Assembly: GCA_037189525.1 (NCBI GenBank)
Contig: JBBCJC010000003.1
Location: 192,001 to 256,000 of the forward strand
Reading direction: 5' to 3'
DNA length: 64,000 nucleotides
DNA from: Gemmatimonadales bacterium
GTDB taxonomy: Bacteria; Gemmatimonadota; Gemmatimonadetes; Gemmatimonadales; GWC2-71-9
Below the pieces are notes generated by a model. The model was not told the origin of the DNA and searched no databases. It saw nothing but the letters and a program-made list of their open reading frames with translations. Positions 8,282 through 18,200 of the stretch are shown in pieces. The number at the start of each line of letters is the position of its first letter. Position 1 is the first letter of the stretch. Both the position numbers and the translations under genes were made by a program.

Positions 8282-9439
8282 TCATCGGGGCGGCTCGAAG
8301 GGTTTGGGCCAGGGATCACTGAAACGGGGGTCGTTCAGAAAGGCGCGATCGGTCAGGCTGATCAGAAAGGCAATCAGATCGGCCTTCTCGGTATCGCTCA
8401 GACGAAAGCCCGGCACGAACGGGCTCTTGAGCGGGCTCTCGGCGCCGTCGCCGGCGTTGGGGCCGCGCTCGATCAGGGTGCCGCCTCGGCGGTAATGCTC
8501 GACGACTTCGTCCAGCGAGCCCAGGCTGCCGTCGTGCATGTACGGGCCGGTCACCTCGATGTTGCGCAGCGTCGGGGCCTTGAACCGTCCCATGTCGTCC
8601 GGATTGCCGGTGATCTCATGAATACCCGGGTTCGAGGTGGGATAGGCGCCGTTGCCGTCGAGGTTGTAGAGGCCGTTGTTGTGGAACTCGATCTCGACCA
8701 GGCCTTTGCCTTCGAAGTCCGTACTGCCCGAAAAGTTGAAACCGCCGTGGCAGTGAAAACACTCGAGGCGCTCGCTGTTGAAGAGCTCGAACCCTCGCTG
8801 CGCAGCTGGTGACATGGCCGAGGCGTCGCCGGCTTGGAAGCGATCGTAGGGCGACCGTCCGGATATCAGGGTTCGCTGAAAAGCGGCCAGCGCCCGGGTC
8901 ACGTTGGGGATCGAGATTGGGGTCGTGTCTCCCGGAAATGCCGCCGGAAAGAGGGTCTGATAGCGAGGTTCCGCCGTCAGCCGTTCGATGACCTTCCCCT
9001 CCATCCCGGCCAGTCCCATCTCGACCGGAGTTTCGCCGAACATCGGGACCAGGGCCTGGTTTTCCAGGCGCCGGTGCATCGGATTGGCCCACGTCAGTAC
9101 AGCGGCATAACCGGCATTGGCGAGGCTCATCGAACCTCGAGGATGCGGCTCGCCGGTCACACCCATGGGATGCGGGCGCGGATCCGAGAAGGCAAACTCC
9201 TGGACGTGACAGGTGGCGCACGACATCGTTTTGTCCGATGAGAGCCGGAGGTCGTAAAACAGATGCCGACCAAGCGACACTTTCGCGGCGTTCATCGGAT
9301 TGTCCGTCGGGACCCGCGGGGCCGGGAAGCCCGGCGGCAGATCCCACTCGAACGCCGCGGGTTGGGCGGCCATCGCCGCCAGCAGGACGATCCCGCCGAT
9401 GGCCGCCGTCAGGACCCGCATCGTTCTTCCGCTGCTCAT
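8282..9439 (-). CDS. mbnH: Di-heme enzyme, MbnH family (MauG/bCcP superfamily)
   Basis: Two CxxCH motifs (CATCH, CFHCH); WDLPPGFP-x-PRVP-x-DNPM, FKAPTLRN, PYMHDGS and HYRRGG. ATGA overlap with the upstream MbnP gene. Confidence 0.88.
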   Translation of the reverse strand: MSSGRTMRVLTAAIGGIVLLAAMAAQPAAFEWDLPPGFPAPRVPTDNPMNAAKVSLGRHLFYDLRLSSDKTMSCATCHVQEFAFSDPRPHPMGVTGEPHPRGSMSLANAGYAAVLTWANPMHRRLENQALVPMFGETPVEMGLAGMEGKVIERLTAEPRYQTLFPAAFPGDTTPISIPNVTRALAAFQRTLISGRSPYDRFQAGDASAMSPAAQRGFELFNSERLECFHCHGGFNFSGSTDFEGKGLVEIEFHNNGLYNLDGNGAYPTSNPGIHEITGNPDDMGRFKAPTLRNIEVTGPYMHDGSLGSLDEVVEHYRRGGTLIERGPNAGDGAESPLKSPFVPGFRLSDTEKADLIAFLISLTDRAFLNDPRFSDPWPKPFEPPR

Positions 9440-10347
9440 TGGGTTTGTGCCAGGCGCCGATCGACGACCCGAAAGACGGTCTGGCGAGTGGGTGTGTTCG
9501 CACCAAACGGGAGCCCCAGGTTGGCGAAGATCGGGGCGCAGTCCGGATCGCTTGCTGCGGACATGCAGCCGCGGGCCGTCTCCGGATGGTTCTCGTCCAG
9601 GTTCGCTCCCGCCAGCAGTCGTTCCAGATCGAGAGCAACGGTGTCCCGACCTGCTCGGTAGCTTGGCAGCTCGATCCGGGCCCGGTTGGATGCACCGCAG
9701 GATCGCGTGGCCGACCGGGCCGTGGTGTCGGCGCCGAGGCACTCGGTGCTTCCAAGATGGAGGAACAGGTGTCGCGCCGGTCCGGAGGTCCGATACTCCA
9801 TCCGCAGGAACTTGTAACCGGAACGCCACGCCCAGAACATGCTGGTCACGTTGAGCGGCGAGGGCTGCCGATTGTGGTCGAGGTGATTCCGGTCGAAGGG
9901 GACGCCCACGGTAAATCGGATTCCGGTGTAGTCGCCCGCCGGTGCGAGGCCGCGGACCACCGTATTGGTTTCCGGGCTGCCATTGGCGCAGGGTCCCGTG
10001 CCGTTTTCGAAGTCGAGTAGAGTTACCCCCTCGTGTGACCAGATGTCGCCCGTGGTCGGTTGGAGCGGGATGGCCCGACCTCGGCGGTCGATCAGTTCGA
10101 CCTCGGAGACGAAGAGTCGGAGGTCGGTTGGCGTAATCCGACTGGCCGTTGCACCGAGGTTGTCATAGCTCTCGCCGCAGGCAAAGTGGCGATCGCCGAC
10201 CAGCGCAGCGAACGGGATGGCGACCGGCGTTGGGATTGCCGGGTCAGGCCGAAGGTTGGCCTGCGAGGTAGAGCACGCTGTCAGTCCGATCACGCCGGCG
10301 ACTGTCAGGATGCCCGCGCGTCCTGCGCGAAGCGCAAGGTGTGGCAT
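9436..10347 (-). CDS. mbnP: MbnP-family copper-binding lipoprotein
   Basis: Lipobox LTAC; DLRLFVS, LLDFENGTGPC, GVPF-x-x-NH, MFWAWRSGYKF (WxW), HLGSTEC and GCMS-x3-DPDC motifs. Confidence 0.88.
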   Translation of the reverse strand: MPHLALRAGRAGILTVAGVIGLTACSTSQANLRPDPAIPTPVAIPFAALVGDRHFACGESYDNLGATASRITPTDLRLFVSEVELIDRRGRAIPLQPTTGDIWSHEGVTLLDFENGTGPCANGSPETNTVVRGLAPAGDYTGIRFTVGVPFDRNHLDHNRQPSPLNVTSMFWAWRSGYKFLRMEYRTSGPARHLFLHLGSTECLGADTTARSATRSCGASNRARIELPSYRAGRDTVALDLERLLAGANLDENHPETARGCMSAASDPDCAPIFANLGLPFGANTPTRQTVFRVVDRRLAQTQ

Positions 10348-10518
10348 GTCGATATGCTCCGGCACGGCCCTGGGCCGTCCGGCTCCCCTTCTGTGATCTG
10401 TGCTGTGCGACCGATTCGTGGCCAGGTGCCGCGCTTCGGCCGTCGCCGGTTGCAGGCGATGGCGCACTTCTGTCCGCGAAGTTCGCCGGACGGAAGACGA
10501 GTTGTCAGTTACCGAAGA

Positions 10519-10908
10519 TCACAGCGGGATAGGTGGTGCCGTTGCGTAGGGGAGCTGATAGGCGGGGCGCACCAGGCGCAGATCGGTGCGCGCTTCCTCA
10601 TCGACCTCGACCGCGTTGGCACCGAAGTCTTCGCCAATGGACGGGCGATGGGCCGGAGCGCCACCGGGGCCGCATTGTGAGGCGGCGCAGCGGCAATCGT
10701 GCCGATTGTGGTGCTCGCCGGTTCCGCCGTCTGCATCGTCCGCGACGGCGTGATGGGTGTGGTGTTCCTGACTGGCGGACGCCTCGACCGGCGCGGCCAT
10801 GGCGCAGTCGTGGAACCAGGGCGACACCACCATCCGGGCCGCGAGTATCACACTCGCGGCCAGGCCCAGGAGGGCTCGGATTCTGGGGCGCCGCACCGAT
10901 CGCATCAT
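10519..10908 (-). CDS. His/Cys-rich DUF2946-like leader protein (putative copper-sensing upstream ORF)
   Basis: Basic N-terminus and hydrophobic helix, HHTHH and HHNRH clusters, CRC-x4-C, and Pro-rich tail PYATAPP. Sits directly upstream of copper genes. Confidence 0.65.
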   Translation of the reverse strand: MMRSVRRPRIRALLGLAASVILAARMVVSPWFHDCAMAAPVEASASQEHHTHHAVADDADGGTGEHHNRHDCRCAASQCGPGGAPAHRPSIGEDFGANAVEVDEEARTDLRLVRPAYQLPYATAPPIPL

Positions 10909-10915
10909 CCCGTCG

Positions 10916-10921
10916 ATTGTA
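10916..10921 (-). promoter_or_regulatory. -10 element TACAAT, 7 nt upstream of the leader ORF ATG (probable leaderless transcript)
   Basis: Minus strand reads TACAAT-CGACGGG-ATG with no Shine-Dalgarno. Confidence 0.55.
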
Positions 10922-10951
10922 AGGCCCTCTGGAGCGGAAGGCCAGACCGGA

Positions 10952-13666
10952 CTAGCGTCCGATCATCCCATTGAACAAAAACCGGAAGGTTCCGTGGGGC
11001 TGTGCCCTGAAGGTGACCTCCGGACCGAACAGGTACAGTGTCCCTTTGCCGACGTTCGCTTCGGCGATGGCCACGCCTCCGTCCAGGTAAGTCTGGCCCC
11101 AGGCCCAGCCGCTCTTGAGCGGCTCGGGCGACGCGAACCATGCCACCGGGCGGATGCCCCGGTTCCGTCCGTCGAGCGGAACCCGGAAGACGGGGCTCTG
11201 ATCGAAGGTCACCAGCGCTTCGGCCTCCATGCCAGCTGCGCTCTGCGCGGTGGTATCGACGGAGACCTGCAGGATCGAGGTCGGGACGTAGAACTTCTCG
11301 CGCGGCAAGGGACGAGTCCCGCCTGCCGGGTCCCGCTCGACCAGATGATCCTCGATCGGCAGTCCCAGGTGGCGCGCCAGATCGGTGGCGCTCCCGATCG
11401 TCACGACACGCCCGCCCTGATCCAGGAAGCTCTTGAGCGCGGGGATGGTCCGCTCGAGCGTGACTCGGCCGAGCTGCTGGCGATACGGTTCGGGGATGTC
11501 GGTCGAGGCAGGCGGCTGCACCGGGACCGACCGGCCCGGCGTTTCGGCGCGGGCCGACGGAATCGATCCGCCGACGAACACCAGGGCGTCGTAACGCTGG
11601 TGCAGGTTGCCGCGGTCGAGCATCGGCGGGAAGACGACCTCGAAGGGAAACTCGAACTCTTCGAGGAGGTAGCGGACCCAGCCGGACGGCATCGAGCCGC
11701 CATACTGGTCCCACAAGCCGATGCGGTACGGTGTCACGGCCACGGCGCCGATCGGCCGGTCGGCGACGGTGACCGGAAGACCTCGATCATCGACCAGCCG
11801 CTGCAGGATTCTGACGGCGTCCGGCGTAGCGGGGACGTAGAACGTCGACCCGCGCGCTTCGACCCGCTGCTTGGCGGCGAGCAGCCGGTTGACGGCCAGA
11901 TAGCTGTCGTTGACGCGGCGAGAAAGCAGGAAGCCGCTGCCGCCGGGCATCCGCGCCCCGACCGGTGGCTTCGCAAGCACGTCGCCGATCTTGCGGCAGG
12001 GACAGTCGAAGCGGTCGAGCATCCGGTCGTAGCGGACCCCCATCTGCATCGCAAGCGTGTAGCCGGCGTTGTCGTACGGCGGCTTGGGAGGTCCGCCCGG
12101 GTAGCTCAGGTCGTTCGGGTAATCCTGCGGCTCCATCATATCGAGCACGTGGGAGCGGAAGGCCTGTGCCGACCGGATCACATAGGAGCCTGCCGGATAG
12201 CGCTTGCCGCCCGCGGAAAACGCCGATGTCGCATAGTGCACGTCGATGCCCGACTCGATCAGGGCGTTGACGAACTTGGTGGCCGTCAGGAAGTCGGGTT
12301 GGTCGCTGGGCAGGACGTAACCGCGCGGGTCGCGATCTTCCGGCCGGCGCATCCAGGTCTGGAACTGACGCACGGTCAGCGGACGCGGGCCCCGCTGGTT
12401 GGCGGTGCCCTGCGAGTCCTTGGCGGCCTCGGCCGTGAGGCGCGCCACCCGCTTCGGATAGTTGGTCCAGCTGTCCTCGTTGCCCTTCTTGATGGCGCTC
12501 TTGCCCATCTGGTAGATGTTGTAGAGCAGCGGCTCGCGATACCGCGAGGCGTAGTCGAGAATGGCCCGGTTGGCGGTAATCGAGTAGTCGATCGACTGCC
12601 GGAATCGCCACGGCTGCGGCATGATGGGGAAGGGGCCGTTACCGTCGGCCACCAGCCGGCCCGGAATCACGGGGATCTGCATCGGCGTCGGGCTGCCGAT
12701 GGTTTCCGTCAGGATCCCGACCTGATTGTGGAAGTAGGCCGTGGTGCGCAGACCGCCGTTCCACCAGGTCTGGTAGCTGGCCGCTTCGCGCTGTACCACG
12801 CCGGGTTTGTCCTCCGCGGCAAACCGGGTATGCATCGCATTGCCGACCATGCCTAACGTGTTGATCAGGAGCGGGTCCAGATTGTGGTTGTGCGGGTCGC
12901 GAAAGGGCGGCGCGAACATCACCGAACCGGCCGGGCCGGTCTGGTGGTGGTTGTACATGATCTGCGGGAACCACTCGCGATAGAGTGCCCGGCTGATGTT
13001 CTTCGATTCCGGCATCGCGTTGAGATAGAAGTCGCGATTGTTGTCGTGCCCGATGTACTTCTGGTAGAGCCGGGGAAGTTCGGACGTGGTGCGCTTGGTC
13101 GGGTCGGAGCGCCGCATGTACCAGTCGCTGACCAGGTCCATCCCGTCGGGGTTGGCGTGGACCACGAGCTGCACCACGTCGTCGAGGAGACGCATGGTCT
13201 CCTCGTCGGTATACGACAGCATCTGGTAGACGTGTTCCATCAGCTGATGCGCACCGAGCACCTCGGTAGCATGCAGACCGCCGTCGATCCAGATCACCGC
13301 GCGTCCCTCTTTGGCCAGCGCCCGGGCCTGTTCGTCGGTCAGATCCTCCGCGCGGGAGAGCCGCCGGGAAATGTCGCGCAGGCGGTCGAGCCGGGCGTGG
13401 TTGGCGGGGGAGGTGATGATGGCCATCCACTGATCGCGTCCTTCGGCGGTCTTGCCGATGGAGACCAGCTTCATCCGGTCGGACTCGCGATCCAGCTTCT
13501 TCCAGTAGTCGGTGAGTTGCTTGTAGTTGGCCAGCTGGTAGTCGTCGCCCAAGGTAAAGCCGAATTGCTCCTTGGGGGTGGTGATCCGCCGTTGGGCCGA
13601 GGCTGTGAATGTGAGCGAGGTTGCAGCGAGGAATATCCCGAGGCCGATGCGAACCAATGCGCGCAT
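10952..13666 (-). CDS. Exported M14-family zinc carboxypeptidase
   Basis: Signal peptide MRALVRIGLGIFLAA; GGLHATE (HxxE), ANPDG, GHDNNRD and YNHHQ motifs. Confidence 0.85.
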   Translation of the reverse strand: MRALVRIGLGIFLAATSLTFTASAQRRITTPKEQFGFTLGDDYQLANYKQLTDYWKKLDRESDRMKLVSIGKTAEGRDQWMAIITSPANHARLDRLRDISRRLSRAEDLTDEQARALAKEGRAVIWIDGGLHATEVLGAHQLMEHVYQMLSYTDEETMRLLDDVVQLVVHANPDGMDLVSDWYMRRSDPTKRTTSELPRLYQKYIGHDNNRDFYLNAMPESKNISRALYREWFPQIMYNHHQTGPAGSVMFAPPFRDPHNHNLDPLLINTLGMVGNAMHTRFAAEDKPGVVQREAASYQTWWNGGLRTTAYFHNQVGILTETIGSPTPMQIPVIPGRLVADGNGPFPIMPQPWRFRQSIDYSITANRAILDYASRYREPLLYNIYQMGKSAIKKGNEDSWTNYPKRVARLTAEAAKDSQGTANQRGPRPLTVRQFQTWMRRPEDRDPRGYVLPSDQPDFLTATKFVNALIESGIDVHYATSAFSAGGKRYPAGSYVIRSAQAFRSHVLDMMEPQDYPNDLSYPGGPPKPPYDNAGYTLAMQMGVRYDRMLDRFDCPCRKIGDVLAKPPVGARMPGGSGFLLSRRVNDSYLAVNRLLAAKQRVEARGSTFYVPATPDAVRILQRLVDDRGLPVTVADRPIGAVAVTPYRIGLWDQYGGSMPSGWVRYLLEEFEFPFEVVFPPMLDRGNLHQRYDALVFVGGSIPSARAETPGRSVPVQPPASTDIPEPYRQQLGRVTLERTIPALKSFLDQGGRVVTIGSATDLARHLGLPIEDHLVERDPAGGTRPLPREKFYVPTSILQVSVDTTAQSAAGMEAEALVTFDQSPVFRVPLDGRNRGIRPVAWFASPEPLKSGWAWGQTYLDGGVAIAEANVGKGTLYLFGPEVTFRAQPHGTFRFLFNGMIGR

Positions 13667-13790
13667 GAGAAGGTCCCTGATCGAGAATGAGGCCGGCAAT
13701 CGGTGTGGCAGCGCCGATGGCCGCGTCTGGGGTCGAGCAATCGACGTGGGCTGCGGGCGCCGGTGAAGGGCACCATCGCAGCCTATCTCA

Positions 13791-13796
13791 ATTATA
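13791..13796 (-). promoter_or_regulatory. Perfect -10 hexamer TATAAT upstream of the M14 peptidase
   Basis: Only AT-rich patch in the intergenic region, about 125 nt before the ATG. Confidence 0.5.
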
Positions 13797-13831
13797 CGCA
13801 GGAAGAGAGGGGGATGTTGGAGGTGACGCGA

Positions 13832-13858
13832 CCCGGCGCAGCGGTCTGCTACGCCGGG
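13832..13858 (-). terminator. Hairpin downstream of SusD-1 (no U-tract)
   Basis: Minus-strand stem CCCGGCGTAGC / GCTGCGCCGGG. Confidence 0.35.
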
Positions 13859-13877
13859 GCGGTCGTGTCGGTGTCGA

Positions 13878-15224
13878 TTAGGCGTTACGGTCGGTGCAGC
13901 CTGAGAACTCCGGGTTGTTGGTTTCGTCGAACGGGATCGGGAAGTTGACGTCGCCGCCGTAGGCGCCGCCTTTGAACCAGGTACCAGTGGGGAACACCGT
14001 TTCGGCATTGCGGCCGTACTGCCGGATCAGCCGGCGCAGGTCGCCCAGGCGGTGACCGGTGCCGAACATCCAGAACGCACGCTCCCGGAACAGGAGGTCC
14101 ACCCGAGCTGCTTCACTCCCCGGATCCGTGAGGACTGTGAGCAGGGTATCGGTGGCTCGGGCGTCGTTGAGCTTCGACAGGAAGAGCGTCGTGTTGTCGG
14201 CTCGCAGGGCCGCTTCGGCTTCGATCAGGCGCGCCTCGATGCCTGACGCGATCGTGATCGGCGAGGCGCGATCGTTCCAGAGACCTTGGGCGACAGTCGG
14301 AACGACGCCGTCGAATGCCAGGGGCGGCAGCCCGGCCGGGGCCGGCGGGATGCGCGGGTCGTTGGCGGAGCGGAATTGGATGCCGTTGCCGCCTTCGCCG
14401 TTGCCCATGACGTAGCGCCGGAGATTGATGTTCTGCTGCCAGTTGGCATTCACCGCGGAGTTCTGTGAATGGGTCAACTGATAGACGAACGTGGTTGGTA
14501 CGGAGGCAACGGCCGCCGCCGCTGCTGCCGGCTGGTTCAGGTTGAGCAGGGCTCGGGCCTTGACGACCGAGGCAAAGTTGGCGACGCGCGCCTCATTGGC
14601 GCCGCCATTGTTGGTGATGGCCGAGTCGGCATGGCTCACCGCACGGCGGAAGGCGGAGTCGTACGACACCGGGGTGCCAAAGACGATGGTGGTACCATCG
14701 ATTCCGCTGAAGGGGATTCCGTTGCAGAACACCTCCCCCAGCTGGTTCTCGGCAAAGGCCATCATCGTGAACATCAGGCCGATATTGGATGCCGGAGCCG
14801 GGGCCCATTCGCGCAACGAGTTAATGGCGGTTCTCGCTTCGGTACGAACCCGATGGGCCCGCCGTGAGAGATCGATCACGAAGCTGTTGGTCTCTGCGAC
14901 GACGCGCTGGTCGGTGGAGTTCCGTTGCTGGAATGTGTCACCCGATTGCCATTCGTCGGCCATCAGGCCGCTCAGCAGGAACCAGCCGTCGGGTGCGTCG
15001 CCGCCAGCCGAGAAAGCTTGGGTCATCCGAAGGAACACGCCGTTGCGCAGCGCAATGGCGCTGGCCGGCGAACTGGCTTCGGTCAGGATGTCGGGATCGT
15101 TGACCTCGAGCACGCTGTCGCAGCCGCCAGCCAGCAGGGTGCCGGTCAGCGCAGCGGCGCCGAGCCACCGGCGGACCGGGGACGGGGTCGAGAGCATCAT
15201 GGAGTTTCCGATAGGAGTAGGCAT
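13878..15224 (-). CDS. RagB/SusD-family lipoprotein (pair 1)
   Basis: Lipobox LAGGC; EARLIEAEA and RERAFWMFGTGHRLGDLRR motifs; directly downstream of SusC. Confidence 0.85.
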   Translation of the reverse strand: MPTPIGNSMMLSTPSPVRRWLGAAALTGTLLAGGCDSVLEVNDPDILTEASSPASAIALRNGVFLRMTQAFSAGGDAPDGWFLLSGLMADEWQSGDTFQQRNSTDQRVVAETNSFVIDLSRRAHRVRTEARTAINSLREWAPAPASNIGLMFTMMAFAENQLGEVFCNGIPFSGIDGTTIVFGTPVSYDSAFRRAVSHADSAITNNGGANEARVANFASVVKARALLNLNQPAAAAAAVASVPTTFVYQLTHSQNSAVNANWQQNINLRRYVMGNGEGGNGIQFRSANDPRIPPAPAGLPPLAFDGVVPTVAQGLWNDRASPITIASGIEARLIEAEAALRADNTTLFLSKLNDARATDTLLTVLTDPGSEAARVDLLFRERAFWMFGTGHRLGDLRRLIRQYGRNAETVFPTGTWFKGGAYGGDVNFPIPFDETNNPEFSGCTDRNA

Positions 15225-15236
15225 GTCGGCTCGTCC

Positions 15237-18200
15237 TCAAAACGTCATGTTGAGGCGGAACGTGAAGTACGTCGGCGGTGGCGTCGTCTGGAAGTCGCTC
15301 AGGACGCCGATGTTGTCGCCGAAGTACCCGCCGTCGGGATCGATGCCGCTGTAGCCGGTGATCTTGGCCAGGTTGCGGCCGGCTGCGGTCAGGCTCATCC
15401 GCGACGCGCCGAAGGTACGGGCCAGTCGGTCGGGGAACGTGAAGGTCGCCGAGAGTTCGCGGAAGCGGATGATGTCACTCTTCTCGACATAGCCGGCCTG
15501 AGTCCGGGCGGCGTGCACCCGTACCGCCATGGCGCGGGCCTGCTCTTCGAGCGGCGAGTTCGGGTTGACGACGCCGTCGCAGTTGAGGCGGTTGTCGCAG
15601 CGAATCCGCTCGGTGCCGTTCAGCTGGTAGCCACCGGTCTTGGCGTCGAACAGCGTCTGGATCCGCAGCTTGCGGCCGAACAGCTCGAAGGCGTTGAAGA
15701 AGGTGAATTCACCGACGGGCATCGACGGGCCGATGTACTCGTTTTCGGGCGTCACCGTAAGTTCGTCGAGCGCGATCAGGCCGTCGCCGTTCCGGTCCTC
15801 ATAGGTAAAGGTCCGCATCCACCAGCCCTGGATCGGATAGCCCTCGATGTCCGAGTTCGTCGTGCCGAGGTTGGGCGGCGTGCCGCCGAGGTCGACGATC
15901 TTGTTCTTGTTATAGGAGCCGCTCAGCGTGAAGTCCCAGCCAAAGGACCGGCCGTTGACCGGATTGACGTTGAGGGCCACTTCGACCCCGCGGTTGCGCA
16001 CCTGGCCGATGTTTTCGAATCGGGTCGCCGCCGCGCCGACCGACGGAGCCACGACGCGGCTGATCAGGGCGTCCCGGCTGTTCTTGTTGTAGTACGTGAA
16101 TTCGAGGTTCACGACGTTGAGCAGGTTGGCATCGAATCCGAGTTCCAGCTCTTGCGACCGCTCCGGCTTGAGGTTCGGATTCCCGAGCGCGGAAAAGATG
16201 ATCCCGGGGGTGTCGGCGTTGTCGGCACTGACGGTGGTCGGCGTGAAGTACGCGATCGCATCGTTCCCGCCGGGCTGGCGGCCGGCCGCGCCCAGTGCGG
16301 AGCGGAGCCGCAGGCTGTTGAGGAAGCTGCCCTTCGGGAAGAAATCCTCGTCCGAGATCACGTACGAGACCGCGACCTTCGGGTAATAGACCCGCTTGAA
16401 CTGATTGCCAAAGGCGCTGTTGCGGTCGGAGCGGATTGCGCCGGTCAGATAGAGTCGGTCGTTGAAGCTGAACTGCTGCTCGGCGAAGTAGCCGAGGGTC
16501 ACGCTCGAATAGGTCGCTTCACCGGCCGAGAGCAGGGCGCCGGCGTCGATGGTCGAGGCGCCCGGGGCCAGTTCGGAGGCCGACGCGAGGTTCCGGGTGT
16601 TGTTCTCCTTGGCATACTGGACACCTGCCGTGCTGCGCGAACCGATGCCCATGAAGTTGTAGTTCGCGGTTAGCGAGGCATCACCGGTATAGTTGAAGAA
16701 GGTGGTCCGGTTGTTGACCTTGAAGCCCAGCCGGTTGGTGCCGACGAAGGGACACTGATCCCGAATACAGAGCTCGAGGTCTTCCCGTGAGATGAAGTCC
16801 ACGCCGCCGACCACTCGGCCGGAGAGCCAGGTCGTGGGGCGATAGTTGAAGGTGACGCTGGTGATGGAGCGGTTGATGTTCTGCGTGTTGGTCATCGCAA
16901 AGCTCTCGTCCGGCGTCGACTGCCGCCAGCCGAGATTGTTGCGTTCGGCGCCGCCCAGGGTGACGAGATAGTTCTTGAAGCCCGGTCCGCCGAACCCGTT
17001 CGAGCCGATGCCGTTGGCATTGTTGTCGGTCTGCGGCAGCCGCAACGCGCTGGTGATGAACCCGCTCGACAGCGTGACGTCCATCTTGTCGTTCAGGTTG
17101 GCATTGATGTTACCGCGAACGCTGACCCGGCGCAGACGATTCGGGTGGACCTGCTCGTCCGGTACCTCGCTGATGCTGCGCAGTTCGCGCACCCGGGCCT
17201 GGAAGGTTTCGGGCAGCTGCATCAGGCCGGTTTCCTTTTCCCACTCGCCGGCGACGTAATAGCGGACCGTTTCGCCGCCGCCGGAGGCCTGCAGACCGAA
17301 CTGATTGCGGCTGCCGGTGCCCAGGACAGACGATTCCGGATCTTCCCAGAGGTTGTACGACGTCACACTGTCTTGGACGCACGAGTTAGTCAGTACCTGG
17401 CTCAGGAGACACTGGACCGTGTTGGCCGCGGTGCTGTTGGTGGTGGCGGTCGTGCCGGTTCGCCAGCCGCGGTAGGCAATCGGATACTTGTTGTAGTCCT
17501 TGATGTACCCCTGCTCGGCGTAGGCATTCCAGACGGTGGCGCCGGCGCGGCCCTGTTTGGTCTTGATCACGATCACGCCGTTGGCGGCGTCGGTGCCGTA
17601 CAGCGTTGACGCCGAGGGGCCGCGCACCACGTCGATCGACTCGATATCCTCGGGGTTGAGGTCGTTGATCCGGCTTGGTCCGGACCCGCCGATACCGTTG
17701 GAGGTCGAATTCACGTCACCCGCGACTCGAATGCCGTCCACGATGTAGATCGGATTGTTCGAGAGCGACAGCGAACTGTTGCCGCGGATCCGGACCCGGG
17801 CGCCGCCACCGGTCAGCGCACCTGGCAGCACGACTACGCCAGGTGCCTTGGCTACCAGCAGGTCGTTCATGTTGGCAATCGGCGTGGTGGCGACCAGATT
17901 GGCCACCTCGACCGTGGAGACCGCGTTGCCGATCGATCGGCGCGACTCTTCACCGGTAGCGGTGGTGACGATCTCGTCGAGCCGGTATGGCGTGGGGCTC
18001 AAGCCGGCGTCGAGAGAGGTCGTTTGTCCGGCCGTCACGGTCGCGGTCAGGGTTTGGGCTGCGTAGCCGATCTGTGAGAATCGGACCGACTGCGTTCCGG
18101 CCGGAACGTTGATCAGGCGGTAGCGCCCTTCCATGCTGGTCAGCGCGCTCAGCGTCGTCCCGGGGATCGAAACCCGGGCACCCGAAAGCGGAGCTTGTGT

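Noticed and set aside
8282..10908. Methanobactin biosynthetic cluster, or the small ORF as a RiPP precursor
   Set aside because: No MbnA-like precursor, MbnB/MbnC, radical SAM or exporter nearby; the ORF architecture fits a DUF2946-type leader better.
13740..13790. Fluoride riboswitch (GCGATGGTG seen on the minus strand)
   Set aside because: The conserved downstream GCTRATGAC element is missing and the downstream gene is a peptidase.
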